Assembly: GCA_035388205.1 (NCBI GenBank)
Contig: DAOOPK010000001.1
Location: 1-45,315, forward strand
Direction of reading: 5' to 3'
Length of the DNA: 45,315 nucleotides
DNA from: Bacteroidales bacterium
Lineage (GTDB): Bacteria > Bacteroidota > Bacteroidia > Bacteroidales > ML635J-15
Of the stretch, positions 35,129 to 45,140 are shown piece after piece. The translations under genes were made by a program, and so were the position numbers. Numbering within the stretch: position 1 is the first letter of the stretch; each line of letters starts with the position of its first letter. The notes below the pieces were generated by a model. It did no database searches. It was not told the origin of the DNA and saw only the letters and a program-made list of their open reading frames with translations.

Positions 35129-38100
35129 TTAATTCCTTATAACTTTACCTGTGAATATTTCAGATTCAGTTTCTATTTTCAACAAGTAAACTCCTTCGGG
35201 AATATCAGGATTAAAAGTAAAATCTAATTTATTTGTGCCCTTAACAAAGTTTTGATTTTCGACAGGAACCATAATTATTTTACCTGTAATGTCGTAAATA
35301 TATACACTTCCAGTACATTCCGTGTCACTTGTTAAAATGATATTGACATCCGAATTTGAAGGATTTGGGAAAATTTCGAAGCCGTTTTCATTACATATAA
35401 TTTCATTATTTGCAGTGAAATCAATTGTTAGTTCAACAGGAATGGTCAGTATTGTATAAGCATCCGAAATTTCAATGTTTGCATAATAAACTCCTTCTGC
35501 CATATCTGTTGTGTTATAAATCAGCGAGAGTTCAAATTCAGAATCATAAGGAATTTCGCCAAACATTGGAGATATGTTTAACCAGAATGAGTTTTCATTA
35601 GTCAGTTCGATAGAAGATGATATCGAATGAGGTTCATCGCCATAAATATCACCTGAAATTGTAAATGGAATTTCGGAAGTCAATCCTGTAAATGATTCGT
35701 CGAAAGTTATATTTACACTGCATGTTGCTGTTTCAGTATCATGGATTTGCCCCCAAGTCTCTGTCGTTGTCCAGACAAGATCAGCTCCGGCTCCCGTTTC
35801 ACTATTTGAAAATAACGTACCTGAAGGTCCTGTAAGATCTGTTGAACTATTTACTATCACTTCATCCGGAAAATTTATATTAAGGGTTTTAATCCACTCT
35901 TGATCGGGAGATTGGGCATTCAGAGTAAAGCTAACATCGTAAGTGCTACCCGGATTATAGGTTTCGATGTTTGCAGTCAAAGTTGAGCCACTAATGTTTT
36001 TTAAACTTTTTGCTACCGGAATAATGTCAATATCAAAATAAACAACACCTCCTCCAATATTAGAAATAAATAGAGGGTCGCTGTTTAATTGATTTGTGTT
36101 CATTGTTTTATGGATTTCTGTTACTGCACAGTCTAATACTGGCGGAATATTATTTACAGCAGGGAAAGTAATATTATCAATCCATGCAGCGTCTGAGCCT
36201 CCAATATCCATAACGTCTTTTCTGTACCTCCATTTAAAATTATGCTGACCTGTACTTACATCACATGAATATATAGCCCATGGAACCTCACCGCTTAAAC
36301 TTAGTTTTACAACATCATCAATCAAAAACTCAAAAAAGTCATAATAGTTTTCACTCGACACTTTTCTTGCAAAACTAATTTCTCCGTCAGCAACAACAAA
36401 CATATCTATTTCGAGAACAGAATTTTGACTGTCGCTGATATCTCCTGATTTCAGACTATATTCACCCTCATAAACATTATCACTTACAATATACCAAGGC
36501 AGGTTACCGCTACTTGTCCATTCAAATGCTTCAAGTCCACCGGTTTCAAATGTTTCCATTAAAATACCAATTATCAAATAGCATGGCAAATCAATATTAA
36601 GCCCATTATCGGCAGTTACGTTAATATTTAATTCAACTAGATGTGCCATATCACATTCTGTATCTATACTTAGATTATATGTCAGTATTTCGTCGGCTCC
36701 ACCTGATAATGAACCCAAATTAATCGGTGATGAATTTATTGTAACAAAAGGATCTTCGGTTGTTAATGTTGCAGTCAAATTCGTTGCAGGAACCAATCCA
36801 ATGTTTTTCAGATTAAAAAGTACATCAGCAGTTTCCCCGGGATCAAGACAATTATCGTCTCCATCATCAACAAAATTATTTGTTATCGTAAGTATTGCAG
36901 TATTAATTGTTACAGTTAAATGTAAATTCTGAACGAAACCGTTATCCCCGACTATTTCAAGATCTATAATCGCTTCATGTTGATTAGGAACCTCACTCGC
37001 GGATGTTATATTAAAAATTGCATCATCCGATTCTTCAGGTTCAAGAGCTGTTATATTATGAATATTGTCATTTATGATTATATATTCATCAGTAGTTGAT
37101 GCGGTAACAACAAGATTATGGACGTCAGACCCTCCAGTATTTGTAATACCAACAATAATATCAGCAGTCTCATTCACAGCGAGTGTATTATCATTTCCGT
37201 CATCAATTTCGGGTAATCCGGTTAGTATATTTGGTGCGAATGCAGTAAAAGTGAAATAATAATCCCAGGTATCCTGATCAGAGCTAACCGTAAAGTGCAA
37301 AACAAAGTTATAATTGTCAGGAACCAGTGGGCTTACATCAAAACTGAATGCGTCTGTAATAAGAGAAAAGTTCCCTGCATTCAAATCAGGACATATAGCC
37401 TCACCGTCAGTTATTGTTATATACGAATCGGAACATGACATATCTATTTCTATTCCTGTTACAGGAGTTACCAGTGGATTTGTGGCAGTAAGATCAATAC
37501 TTACATTTTCAGCATATTCAATTATATCGTCATCGATTGTATGGGTTTCGAAACTAAGTATTAAACCATCTGTTACAAACGGTAAAGTTACTTTGTCTGT
37601 TAATCCATTATTGTCGGTAACTTTAAAATGAAAGTTTTCAGCTATATATTCGACAGTTGGAAATCCTGTAAGTAGTCCGTTTTTACTTATTTCGAACTCT
37701 TCCGGTATAGAGTATGGGACAAGTGTATATGTATATCCTGAACTTACCGAATTCGGATCATCGAAATGTAGTCTTTGATAATTTATTTCATCTCCGTTTG
37801 ATACTCCGCAGGTATATTCGATCAAATTGGTAAGAGCAGAATTATCATAAACAAAACTTATACTCCCGTCATCATAAATTGTCATAGCATAATCAATAGT
37901 AGTATTATCCCAGATTATTGTTTTGTACCCTGTTCCGGTTATTGTTTTTAAACTTGAAGTAATTGAATTTGAATAAAAAGGAGCTATGCAACGGTTATGT
38001 ATAAAAACAATTTCATCATGTGAAGAAAGATATGGATAGGTTTCGCTAAAACCACTTTCAAATACTGCAAGTCCGTTATTTTTTACATATATTGTAGAAT

Positions 38101-39736
38101 AATCGTTTCCGTAATAGTTAAAAGTGAAGCCCAAAGGTACGGCAATAAAGCCTGAGCCTGATAAGGCTGTTCCACCTGTGGGGAAAGTAGATGTACTTTC
38201 TGCGATGTTAAAATCCATTTCAAAAGACCAAGTATATGGTTCTGTCCCTCCTTCTGCCACAAGTTGCTGAGAAAATGGACTCATAATAGCTCCGCTCGAT
38301 AATTCTGTTGTTGTTATTTGAACCGGATCGTAATTTTCACCACTAACAATGCTTAAAGTGGCAACTCCGTTTTGTGGAATAGTTTGAGCAGGATCTGTAC
38401 TTGCTGTTTCTACAGGAGAGCCTGAGCTGTAATTAATCAATGAAAATGTATTTAATGTGCCTGAGCCCCAACTATCGGCATCGTTTTCATAAACCTGAAT
38501 AAAGTATTTTGCTTCCTGTTCAGGATTGATAAAATTGAGCAAAGGAGTGAGGTCTAACCCAAATTCAATAGTTTTGTCAATTTCGGCTGTGCCCCCTGTC
38601 ATAGGTCTGTCTCCGCCCTGAAAATCAAGAATAGGAAAATCTATAACATATTCAGGCACATTGTCAGCTATGTTTGTTGAAATTCCTGCATATACTTTTA
38701 TCCTTTTTCTGTTGGAATATGTAAGGTTGACTTTGGCAGTCAGTAATGGTTCATAAGTAGGATTTACAGTCATTACATGAACGACATCGTGCCAGAAGGC
38801 TCCTGTTGCAAGAGCTTTATACATAATATAGCAAAACCCTCCATCAGCCCAGTCAGGACCCCCGCTGTAAGTATTACACATTTTAATACCGCCGATTTCC
38901 CAATCAGCCATGGTAACAAAACCATCTCCCGTAATGTCTATATTATTTGTATATTGATCGTCACCATTATAATCATATCTGATTGAATCATTATATCCCA
39001 GTATTGCCATCGAGTGACTTGTACTGGCAGATAATTCTGTTATTACTTGTTTGCCTGCATCTTCGGTACCGGCAGGTAATGTGGCATCAGGATAGGGTAC
39101 AGTAGAATAGAATATTGCACAGCCTCCGTCTTCATCTCCAGTTAAATGATCATTCATCCAGTTTTTTAGGATTAATAACCCATCTTCATTTGCAATATTT
39201 ATTTTGTAAGCATGACTTATTTTGTTATGCATCGCACTGTAATACAGATCATAACCTGTTATCCATCTCAGGTTTCCACCTGCATCAATTGTTCCGCCAT
39301 ATTCTTCCTGATTAGGAGTGCCAACCAGTCTAAGAACTTCCAATGTATGATAATAACTTACACCACTGCTGCCCCAATCACCGGCATCCCAATTATAAAC
39401 AAATCCGGTTGGATATAGATGGGAATTTACATCAGCATTCAGGTCGCGTGCAGCATTCATCTCATAAGTAAAACAAATACCTGTTGATGAGGCTTGCCCG
39501 CAACTCATTCCCGATTGTACAAACATATCACGAAAATGGGGACTCTCCGAATGGTCAACTTTATATGGTATTGACTTGCTTTTGTATGAGTCCGGCATTA
39601 TAAGGTCGGGCAAACTTAATAAAAGCTGTTCGTCTTTGTAATTTAATGGTTGCGGGCTTAAAGATTTCTGTAATTCCTGTGAAATTCCTGAAATGCTTAT
39701 TAAGCACAAAGATAAAAGTAATAAAAGCGATCTCAT
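35129..39736 (-). CDS. Large T9SS-sorted surface protein with five parts: an N-terminal papain-like (clan CA) cysteine peptidase-like domain, tandem Ig/CARDB-like repeats, a MAM-like jelly-roll, further beta domains, and a Por C-terminal sorting domain
   Basis: 1535 aa with a signal peptide. QSGMSCGQAS (Cys79), SHSMAILGYND (His241) and CNTYSG..WADGGFCYIMY match the papain order Q-C-H-N/W. Repeated DDGxDNxLxxxETAD...N.G modules are present. The C-terminus IFPNPSNSDVNI...GVYLLKIETESEIFTGKVIRN is a typical T9SS CTD. Confidence 0.75.
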   Translation of the reverse strand: MRSLLLLLSLCLISISGISQELQKSLSPQPLNYKDEQLLLSLPDLIMPDSYKSKSIPYKVDHSESPHFRDMFVQSGMSCGQASSTGICFTYEMNAARDLNADVNSHLYPTGFVYNWDAGDWGSSGVSYYHTLEVLRLVGTPNQEEYGGTIDAGGNLRWITGYDLYYSAMHNKISHAYKINIANEDGLLILKNWMNDHLTGDEDGGCAIFYSTVPYPDATLPAGTEDAGKQVITELSASTSHSMAILGYNDSIRYDYNGDDQYTNNIDITGDGFVTMADWEIGGIKMCNTYSGGPDWADGGFCYIMYKALATGAFWHDVVHVMTVNPTYEPLLTAKVNLTYSNRKRIKVYAGISTNIADNVPEYVIDFPILDFQGGDRPMTGGTAEIDKTIEFGLDLTPLLNFINPEQEAKYFIQVYENDADSWGSGTLNTFSLINYSSGSPVETASTDPAQTIPQNGVATLSIVSGENYDPVQITTTELSSGAIMSPFSQQLVAEGGTEPYTWSFEMDFNIAESTSTFPTGGTALSGSGFIAVPLGFTFNYYGNDYSTIYVKNNGLAVFESGFSETYPYLSSHDEIVFIHNRCIAPFYSNSITSSLKTITGTGYKTIIWDNTTIDYAMTIYDDGSISFVYDNSALTNLIEYTCGVSNGDEINYQRLHFDDPNSVSSGYTYTLVPYSIPEEFEISKNGLLTGFPTVEYIAENFHFKVTDNNGLTDKVTLPFVTDGLILSFETHTIDDDIIEYAENVSIDLTATNPLVTPVTGIEIDMSCSDSYITITDGEAICPDLNAGNFSLITDAFSFDVSPLVPDNYNFVLHFTVSSDQDTWDYYFTFTAFAPNILTGLPEIDDGNDNTLAVNETADIIVGITNTGGSDVHNLVVTASTTDEYIIINDNIHNITALEPEESDDAIFNITSASEVPNQHEAIIDLEIVGDNGFVQNLHLTVTINTAILTITNNFVDDGDDNCLDPGETADVLFNLKNIGLVPATNLTATLTTEDPFVTINSSPINLGSLSGGADEILTYNLSIDTECDMAHLVELNINVTADNGLNIDLPCYLIIGILMETFETGGLEAFEWTSSGNLPWYIVSDNVYEGEYSLKSGDISDSQNSVLEIDMFVVADGEISFARKVSSENYYDFFEFLIDDVVKLSLSGEVPWAIYSCDVSTGQHNFKWRYRKDVMDIGGSDAAWIDNITFPAVNNIPPVLDCAVTEIHKTMNTNQLNSDPLFISNIGGGVVYFDIDIIPVAKSLKNISGSTLTANIETYNPGSTYDVSFTLNAQSPDQEWIKTLNINFPDEVIVNSSTDLTGPSGTLFSNSETGAGADLVWTTTETWGQIHDTETATCSVNITFDESFTGLTSEIPFTISGDIYGDEPHSISSSIELTNENSFWLNISPMFGEIPYDSEFELSLIYNTTDMAEGVYYANIEISDAYTILTIPVELTIDFTANNEIICNENGFEIFPNPSNSDVNIILTSDTECTGSVYIYDITGKIIMVPVENQNFVKGTNKLDFTFNPDIPEGVYLLKIETESEIFTGKVIRN

Positions 39737-39836
39737 ATAATGATAATTTCTATTTGCGAAAGTTACGTAAAAATTTATTATGATGACGCTAAACTTTGTA
39801 AAAAGTAATTAAAAATTAAAAAAATACTTTCAAGTA

Positions 39837-40325
39837 TTAAATATTCTTTGGAGTTACAAAGCTTTTCAAATCACCCAATCCGGGCTCAATATCACTCCAC
39901 CTGAACAAATCCAGTTCTATGTGAGCAACTCCGCAAGTGGGGATATTGTCAATATTTTCATTTGCCAGCATGTTCGCAAGTGCTGTTGTCCCCGGATTAT
40001 GAGCAATTATACAGATGTGATTGTTTTTATGGTTTTGTTTTAAAAGTATTTCAATAAACTCAGGGACACTGCATAAATATAATTGATCTACATAATGAAT
40101 TTTTTCGGCAGGGTAATCAAGTTTCTTGGCAATAGTTTCTGCTGTTGTTGCAGTTCTTACCGAAGGGCTAGAAATTATTAAATCCGGCTTAGGAAGATTT
40201 TTTGTGATATATTCTCCTATTTTTGCTGCATCTATTTGGCCTTTTTCATTTAATGGCCTGTCAAAATCTGATAAATCATTGTCATGGTCTGATTTTGCAT
40301 GACGAATCAATGTTAAAAGTTTCAT
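39837..40325 (-). CDS. sixA: Histidine phosphatase family protein, SixA-like phosphohistidine phosphatase
   Basis: 162 aa. LIRHAKS (RHG-type motif) and an AHNPG motif downstream. Confidence 0.8.
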   Translation of the reverse strand: MKLLTLIRHAKSDHDNDLSDFDRPLNEKGQIDAAKIGEYITKNLPKPDLIISSPSVRTATTAETIAKKLDYPAEKIHYVDQLYLCSVPEFIEILLKQNHKNNHICIIAHNPGTTALANMLANENIDNIPTCGVAHIELDLFRWSDIEPGLGDLKSFVTPKNI

Positions 40326-40456
40326 TTTAATGTTTTGTGTGGTGTTTTAATTAATAATGTTTATCAATTAGTGTTTTCTAATGCAATTTTATGAAAAAAA
40401 TCATTATCATCAAAAATTATTTCTGAAATATCCAAAAATGGCATAAAGTTTAAAGA

Positions 40457-42490
40457 TTAACTTATCACCGAACCATTCCCACAATTGTTTTCCGGGCTAA
40501 TAAATTTTAAACTGCCATCTTTATCTTCAGCCATTAAAATCATTCCGTTTGATTCTATTCCCCTTAAATTTCTGGGAGCTAAATTTACCAGTACACAAAC
40601 TTGTTTTCCTACAATCTCTTCCGGGCTATAATATTTTGCAATCCCCGAAACAATTGTACGTTTGTCAATGCCCGTATCAACAAGTAGCTTTAGCAATTTA
40701 TCTGCTTTTGGCACTTTTTCAGCTTCAAGTATTGTAGCAATTCGTATATCCTGTTTCACAAAATCATCGTAGGTTATAGTATCTTTTTGTGGGATAACTG
40801 TTTTTTTTTCCTGTTCGTTCATTTCTTTGGATTTTAATAATTTCTGTACCTGAAATTCAATTTTATCGTCTTCGATAATACTGAATAGCAACTCGGGTTG
40901 ATTTAGTTGATGTCCACTATTGATAATGTCGAAGTTCTCGGTAGTGTCCCATGTTGGCTTGTCAATGTTTAACATTTTTAACAGCTTAGTACTGGTAAAG
41001 GGCAGAAATGGTTCTGACAAAATTGCCGATATTGCGGAAATCTGAATTGAATAATAAAGAACAGTTTTTAATCTGGCTTCATCTGTTTTAATCAATTTCC
41101 ATGGTTCGGTATCTGCTAGGTATTTATTGCCTAAACGGGTAATACTCATTACATCTTTTAATGCTTCTCTGAATTTGTAGTTTTCTATATTTTTTTCAAT
41201 GTTTTGCTTTATCTTTTTTATTTCCAATCTTATTTCTTTTTCATACTCAGAATCTTTGTCAGGCTGAGGAATAATTCCATTAAAGTATTTATGAGTCAAA
41301 ACCATAGAGCGATTTATAAAATTGCCCATTATTGCAACCAGTTCGCTATTGTTCTTAGTCTGAAAATCTTTCCATGTAAAGTCGTTGTCTTTTGTTTCAG
41401 GAGCATTCGAGCATAAAACATATCTTAATACATCCTGCTGACCCGGGAATTCTTCGAGATATTCGTGTAACCAAACTGCCCAGTTGCGAGAAGTACTTAT
41501 TTTATCACCTTCGAGATTAAGAAATTCATTCGCCGGGACATTGTCAGGTAAAATAAAACTACCTTCATGCCTTAACATTGACGGAAATATTATACAATGA
41601 AAAACTATATTATCTTTTCCAATAAAATGAACCAATTTTGTGTCTTTGTCTTTCCAGTATTTTTCCCAATCATCCGTTAATTCACGTGTAGCTGAAATAT
41701 AACCTATCGGAGCATCAAACCAAACATATAAAACTTTGTTTTTGGCTTCTTCGAGAGGAACAGGCACACCCCAATCCAAATCACGAGTGACGGCTCTGGG
41801 GAACAAACCAGAGTCAAGCCATGATTTACATTGTCCGTAAACATTTGCTTTCCAGTCTTTATGATCTTCCAGTATCCATTGTTTTAGTTCAGTTTCGTAT
41901 TTATCCAAGGGTAAAAACCAATGTTTGGTTTCTCTCAATACAGGTTTATTACCACTAATAACTGAACGAGGATTTATCAATTCTTCAGAACTTAAAGAAG
42001 AACCGCATTTTTCGCATTGATCACCATAGGCATCTTCGGCACCACATTTCGGACATGTTCCCATTATATAACGGTCGGCTAAAAATTGATTTTCAGCTTC
42101 GTCGTAAAACTGCATACTTGTTTTTTCGATAAATTCGCCTTTGTTATAGAGAGTAGTAAAAAACTCTGATGCGGTTTGATGATGTATTTTATTGCTGGTA
42201 CGACTATAAATATCGAATGAAATCCCAAAATCTTCAAACGACTTTTTGATAATCTTATGATATCTGTCAACAATTTGTTGAGGCGAAACGCCTTCTTTTC
42301 TGGCTTTTAATGTTATTGGAACACCATGTTCGTCTGAACCACCGATAAAAATTACGTCTTGATTTTTCAACCTGAGGTATCTGACATAAATATCAGCAGG
42401 AACATAAACCCCTGCAAGATGACCTATATGAACAGGTCCATTTGCATAAGGCAGTGCAGTGGTAACATTATATCTTTTAAATTTCTTCAT
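40457..42490 (-). CDS. metG: Methionine--tRNA ligase
   Basis: 677 aa. HIGH-type PVHIGHLAG, zinc knuckle [23 protein letters not shown]-type KISTSRN, and a C-terminal tRNA-binding (Trbp111/EMAP-like) domain. Confidence 0.97.
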   Translation of the reverse strand: MKKFKRYNVTTALPYANGPVHIGHLAGVYVPADIYVRYLRLKNQDVIFIGGSDEHGVPITLKARKEGVSPQQIVDRYHKIIKKSFEDFGISFDIYSRTSNKIHHQTASEFFTTLYNKGEFIEKTSMQFYDEAENQFLADRYIMGTCPKCGAEDAYGDQCEKCGSSLSSEELINPRSVISGNKPVLRETKHWFLPLDKYETELKQWILEDHKDWKANVYGQCKSWLDSGLFPRAVTRDLDWGVPVPLEEAKNKVLYVWFDAPIGYISATRELTDDWEKYWKDKDTKLVHFIGKDNIVFHCIIFPSMLRHEGSFILPDNVPANEFLNLEGDKISTSRNWAVWLHEYLEEFPGQQDVLRYVLCSNAPETKDNDFTWKDFQTKNNSELVAIMGNFINRSMVLTHKYFNGIIPQPDKDSEYEKEIRLEIKKIKQNIEKNIENYKFREALKDVMSITRLGNKYLADTEPWKLIKTDEARLKTVLYYSIQISAISAILSEPFLPFTSTKLLKMLNIDKPTWDTTENFDIINSGHQLNQPELLFSIIEDDKIEFQVQKLLKSKEMNEQEKKTVIPQKDTITYDDFVKQDIRIATILEAEKVPKADKLLKLLVDTGIDKRTIVSGIAKYYSPEEIVGKQVCVLVNLAPRNLRGIESNGMILMAEDKDGSLKFISPENNCGNGSVIS

Positions 42491-42544
42491 TGAATAAATT
42501 TTTTGCGAAGATACAAAAAGACATGAAACTGAATAGTGAAGAAT

Positions 42545-42578
42545 AAAAAAAAGCTGTCCATAAATTTACAGACAGCTT
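42545..42578 (-). terminator. Rho-independent terminator of the lipoprotein gene 42605..43030
   Basis: On the minus strand aagctgtc pairs with gacagctt around a 12-nt loop and is followed by a T8 run (plus-strand A run 42545-42552). Confidence 0.7.
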
Positions 42579-42604
42579 ATATTTAATAATAAAAACCTAT
42601 TTGC

Positions 42605-43030
42605 TTATTTTATTTTTGCCAGTCTTGCTTTTACAACTGTGCGTGTTTTTTGATACAACATAGGAATACCAGTCATTTGAGTTTCATATTGTGGATAAAA
42701 CACAACATCATAACCCGAATTTTTTTGCATTAAATCGTTAATTGCAAATGCCTGTGAACCACCCATAGGTAAATTACCAATTACAGGGATATTAAATGCA
42801 TTTGCCTCAACTATTGATGCAGTTTCACTTTTAAATAAATGAGCCCAGTCAATTCCTAAAATTCTTGTTTGAGTTCCTTCGCCTGTGAGCTGCTCAGAAA
42901 AAGTAAAATCATCTTTTTGGAATTCAACATAATTGTTTGAGGTTTTCATTGATTTCATGGTGTAGTTACAACCTGAAAAACTCAATGCAAAAATTGCAAG
43001 TAAAGAAAGTACAATTGTTCTCGTTTTCAT
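42605..43030 (-). CDS. Hypothetical lipoprotein
   Basis: 141 aa. Signal peptide with lipobox LSFSGC. No other motif recognised. Confidence 0.6.
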   Translation of the reverse strand: MKTRTIVLSLLAIFALSFSGCNYTMKSMKTSNNYVEFQKDDFTFSEQLTGEGTQTRILGIDWAHLFKSETASIVEANAFNIPVIGNLPMGGSQAFAINDLMQKNSGYDVVFYPQYETQMTGIPMLYQKTRTVVKARLAKIK

Positions 43031-43163
43031 AATATTTATTTTTTAAGTTTGAATATGACAAAAGTAATGTATTTTTCAAATAGTTGGAAATTATTTTAGA
43101 GAAAAATAAAATTGCGAAATAACGAGTTGTTTCATAGTCCGTTAGGACTAATATGTCCTCGCT

Positions 43164-43227
43164 CGGCGAAGCTTCCGAGCTTCGTCGTAACCTCTGTTCG
43201 GCGAAGCATCCGAGCCTCGTCGTAACC
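43164..43227 (+). repeat. Two direct REP-like hairpin copies upstream of the RAYT gene
   Basis: Copy A is cggcgaagct-tccg-agcttcgtcg (43164-43187) followed by taacc. Copy B is cggcgaagca-tccg-agcctcgtcg (43199-43222) followed by taacc. Copy A has a 10-bp stem including one G-T pair. Confidence 0.8.
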
Positions 43228-43294
43228 CATACAGTAAACCAAAAAATAAATTTAATCTTTTACTACATAAAAGTAAAAATTGTATCTTTACAAA

Positions 43295-43861
43295 ATGACG
43301 ACAGGTTACCAGATAAAAGAACAATCGGAATTACACTATTTAACATTACAGGTTGTTGAATGGGTTGATATATTTACAAGAATCATTTACAAGGAAATTA
43401 TTATAGACAGCTTAAAATTCTGTCAAAAAAATAAAGGATTGCAGATTTTTGGATATGTAATAATGACAAATCATATTCATTTGATAGCGAATAGTGTTGA
43501 TGGTTGTTTAAGTGATACTTTAAGAGATTTTAAAAGGTTTACATCAAATAAAATATTAAAAGAAATACAAGAAAATACTCAGGAAAGCAGGAAAGATTGG
43601 ATGTTGAAAGTATTTCAAAATAAAGCTATACAGCACAGTCGAAATGAGAAGTATCAATTTTGGACACACGAAAATCATGCAATACATCTTTATACACCAA
43701 AATTTACATGGGAAAAATTAGAATATATACATAATAATCCTGTTAGAGCAGGAATAGTTCAATATCCGGAACATTATTTATTTTCAAGTGCAAGAAACTA
43801 TGCTGAGTTAGATAGTTCGATTGATGTAATTATTTTAGACAGAATTGTAAAAACATATTGA
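43295..43861 (+). CDS. REP-associated tyrosine transposase (RAYT) / IS200-like Y1 HUH transposase family protein
   Basis: 188 aa from the ATG at 43295 (the track start 43280 is a TTG). HUH motif in IMTNHIHLIA. Conserved Tyr helix LEYIHNNPVRAGIV and YLFSSARNY. No tnpB-like partner gene is present. Confidence 0.8.
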   Translation: MTTGYQIKEQSELHYLTLQVVEWVDIFTRIIYKEIIIDSLKFCQKNKGLQIFGYVIMTNHIHLIANSVDGCLSDTLRDFKRFTSNKILKEIQENTQESRKDWMLKVFQNKAIQHSRNEKYQFWTHENHAIHLYTPKFTWEKLEYIHNNPVRAGIVQYPEHYLFSSARNYAELDSSIDVIILDRIVKTY

Positions 43862-43886
43862 ATGTTAAATTTATTTGAATTTGAAA

Positions 43887-43914
43887 GACGAAGTTCGGAA
43901 ACTTCGCCGAACAG
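43887..43914 (-). repeat. Inverted REP-like copy downstream of the RAYT gene
   Basis: The reverse complement ctgttcggcgaagtttccgaacttcgtc matches copy B (ctgttcggcgaagcatccgagcctcgtc), including the shared ctgtt 5' flank. Confidence 0.8.
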
Positions 43915-43987
43915 TAGGCAAAGAATTTTGAAATACAAAAAACTAATGATTAGAGAATTGATAATAAATGTTTTAAAAATTTAGCTC

Positions 43988-44470
43988 ATGAAATTATATA
44001 CATTATTGATGTTTATTATAATTGCAATAACTTTAAAATCACAATCAGATACATGTATTCTTGTCCCAAACAAAGGAATAGGGAATATTATTCTAGATTG
44101 TTCTTCAGATTATGACATTATTGCAAAATACGGAAAAACTAAATTAAAAAAACTAAAAGGATGGGAGTCTGATAAAAGTTGGGAGTTAAAATACAATGAT
44201 ATAGGTTTAAGATTTTGGCTTATTGGAAAATCTCGTAAAAATTTACAAGTAGCATGGATTACTATTACTTTTCCTTCAAACTGTACATTAGTAAACGGAC
44301 TAAAGATTGGTTCTACAAAAAACGAAGTTTTAGAACTCTTAGATGCACCAGATTCAATTTTAAGTATGCCAAAATTTGATATTTACTCTTATTATAATGA
44401 AACACTTTCAATATGCATTTCGACAACATCTGCAGATAAAGACCAAATTATTGAAATAACTTTAAAATAA
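43988..44470 (+). CDS. Hypothetical secreted protein
   Basis: 160 aa, ATG start, signal-like N-terminus. No motif recognised. Confidence 0.5.
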   Translation: MKLYTLLMFIIIAITLKSQSDTCILVPNKGIGNIILDCSSDYDIIAKYGKTKLKKLKGWESDKSWELKYNDIGLRFWLIGKSRKNLQVAWITITFPSNCTLVNGLKIGSTKNEVLELLDAPDSILSMPKFDIYSYYNETLSICISTTSADKDQIIEITLK

Positions 44471-44492
44471 GTAACATAGCTGGGATTTTAGT

Positions 44493-45002
44493 ATGAAACG
44501 ATTATCAGTATTATTATTATTATCTATAGGATTGAAAATGTTTTCTCAACCCATTATAATTGAAATTGAAATAGATTCTGTGAATTATTACCGTCCATTT
44601 GGAGTATTCCCGCCTGTAAGCGATAAAGATAAGTATGTTTTTGGAACAGTGAGTTTGAAAAATAATTCCAAAAAGACTATTGTTTTGCCCCATACTTTTG
44701 ATTTATTTCCCCATATTGAAGATACTCTTGGAAATAGTATTAAATGGGAAATTACTACTGTAAGTGTTCACGGAGCCTTTACTTTCAGTTTTAAACGAAG
44801 TCTTTTTAATAGAAGACCTAGATTACGATCTGGAGAATCCGTTGAAACGGTGTTTGTTGAAGTCAGACTATTGGAATTTGAAATGGAATTAGGTGAGGAG
44901 TATTATTTCAACTATTATTTGCCCACAATTCATTATAAGGAGTTTCGAAAACAATTTGGAAATGAATTTTTTATGTCAAATGCTGTCAGATTTAGATATT
45001 AA
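44493..45002 (+). CDS. Hypothetical secreted protein
   Basis: 169 aa, ATG start, signal-like N-terminus (LLLLSIGLKMFSQ). No motif recognised. Confidence 0.5.
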   Translation: MKRLSVLLLLSIGLKMFSQPIIIEIEIDSVNYYRPFGVFPPVSDKDKYVFGTVSLKNNSKKTIVLPHTFDLFPHIEDTLGNSIKWEITTVSVHGAFTFSFKRSLFNRRPRLRSGESVETVFVEVRLLEFEMELGEEYYFNYYLPTIHYKEFRKQFGNEFFMSNAVRFRY

Positions 45003-45140
45003 AATCTTTACAAATCCCCGCTTCCGCAAGACTACGTCTTTTGGTTAAGCTTAACTCTGCTTTTCCAAGACGCATATTGTGTTCTAAAAAAATCTCTTTT
45101 ACAAACGTCATCCAAAACAAAATTTCATTATCTTTACACC

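Noticed and set aside
35129-39736. Multiple plus-strand ORFs inside the large T9SS gene (37065..37259, 37314..37631, 38777..38986, 39115..39418), and similar nested or antisense ORFs inside other long genes (3418..3738, 7685..8026, 14694..15053, 26419..26772, 31792..32103)
   Set aside because: All lie within well-supported longer genes on the opposite strand or in another frame. They have Ser/Ile/Phe-rich composition typical of antisense frames in AT-rich DNA and carry no motifs.
43153-43359. 68-aa plus-strand ORF upstream of and overlapping the RAYT gene
   Set aside because: It is translated through the two REP hairpins (hence the repeated ...GEASELRRN.../...AKHPSLVV... text) and overlaps the RAYT start in another frame.
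43164-43914. Ordinary IS200/IS605 insertion sequence
   Set aside because: The protein is longer than IS200 TnpA, there is no tnpB, and the flanking hairpins are short multi-copy REP-like units in inverted orientation rather than distinct left and right ends. This cannot be fully excluded without genome-wide copy counts.
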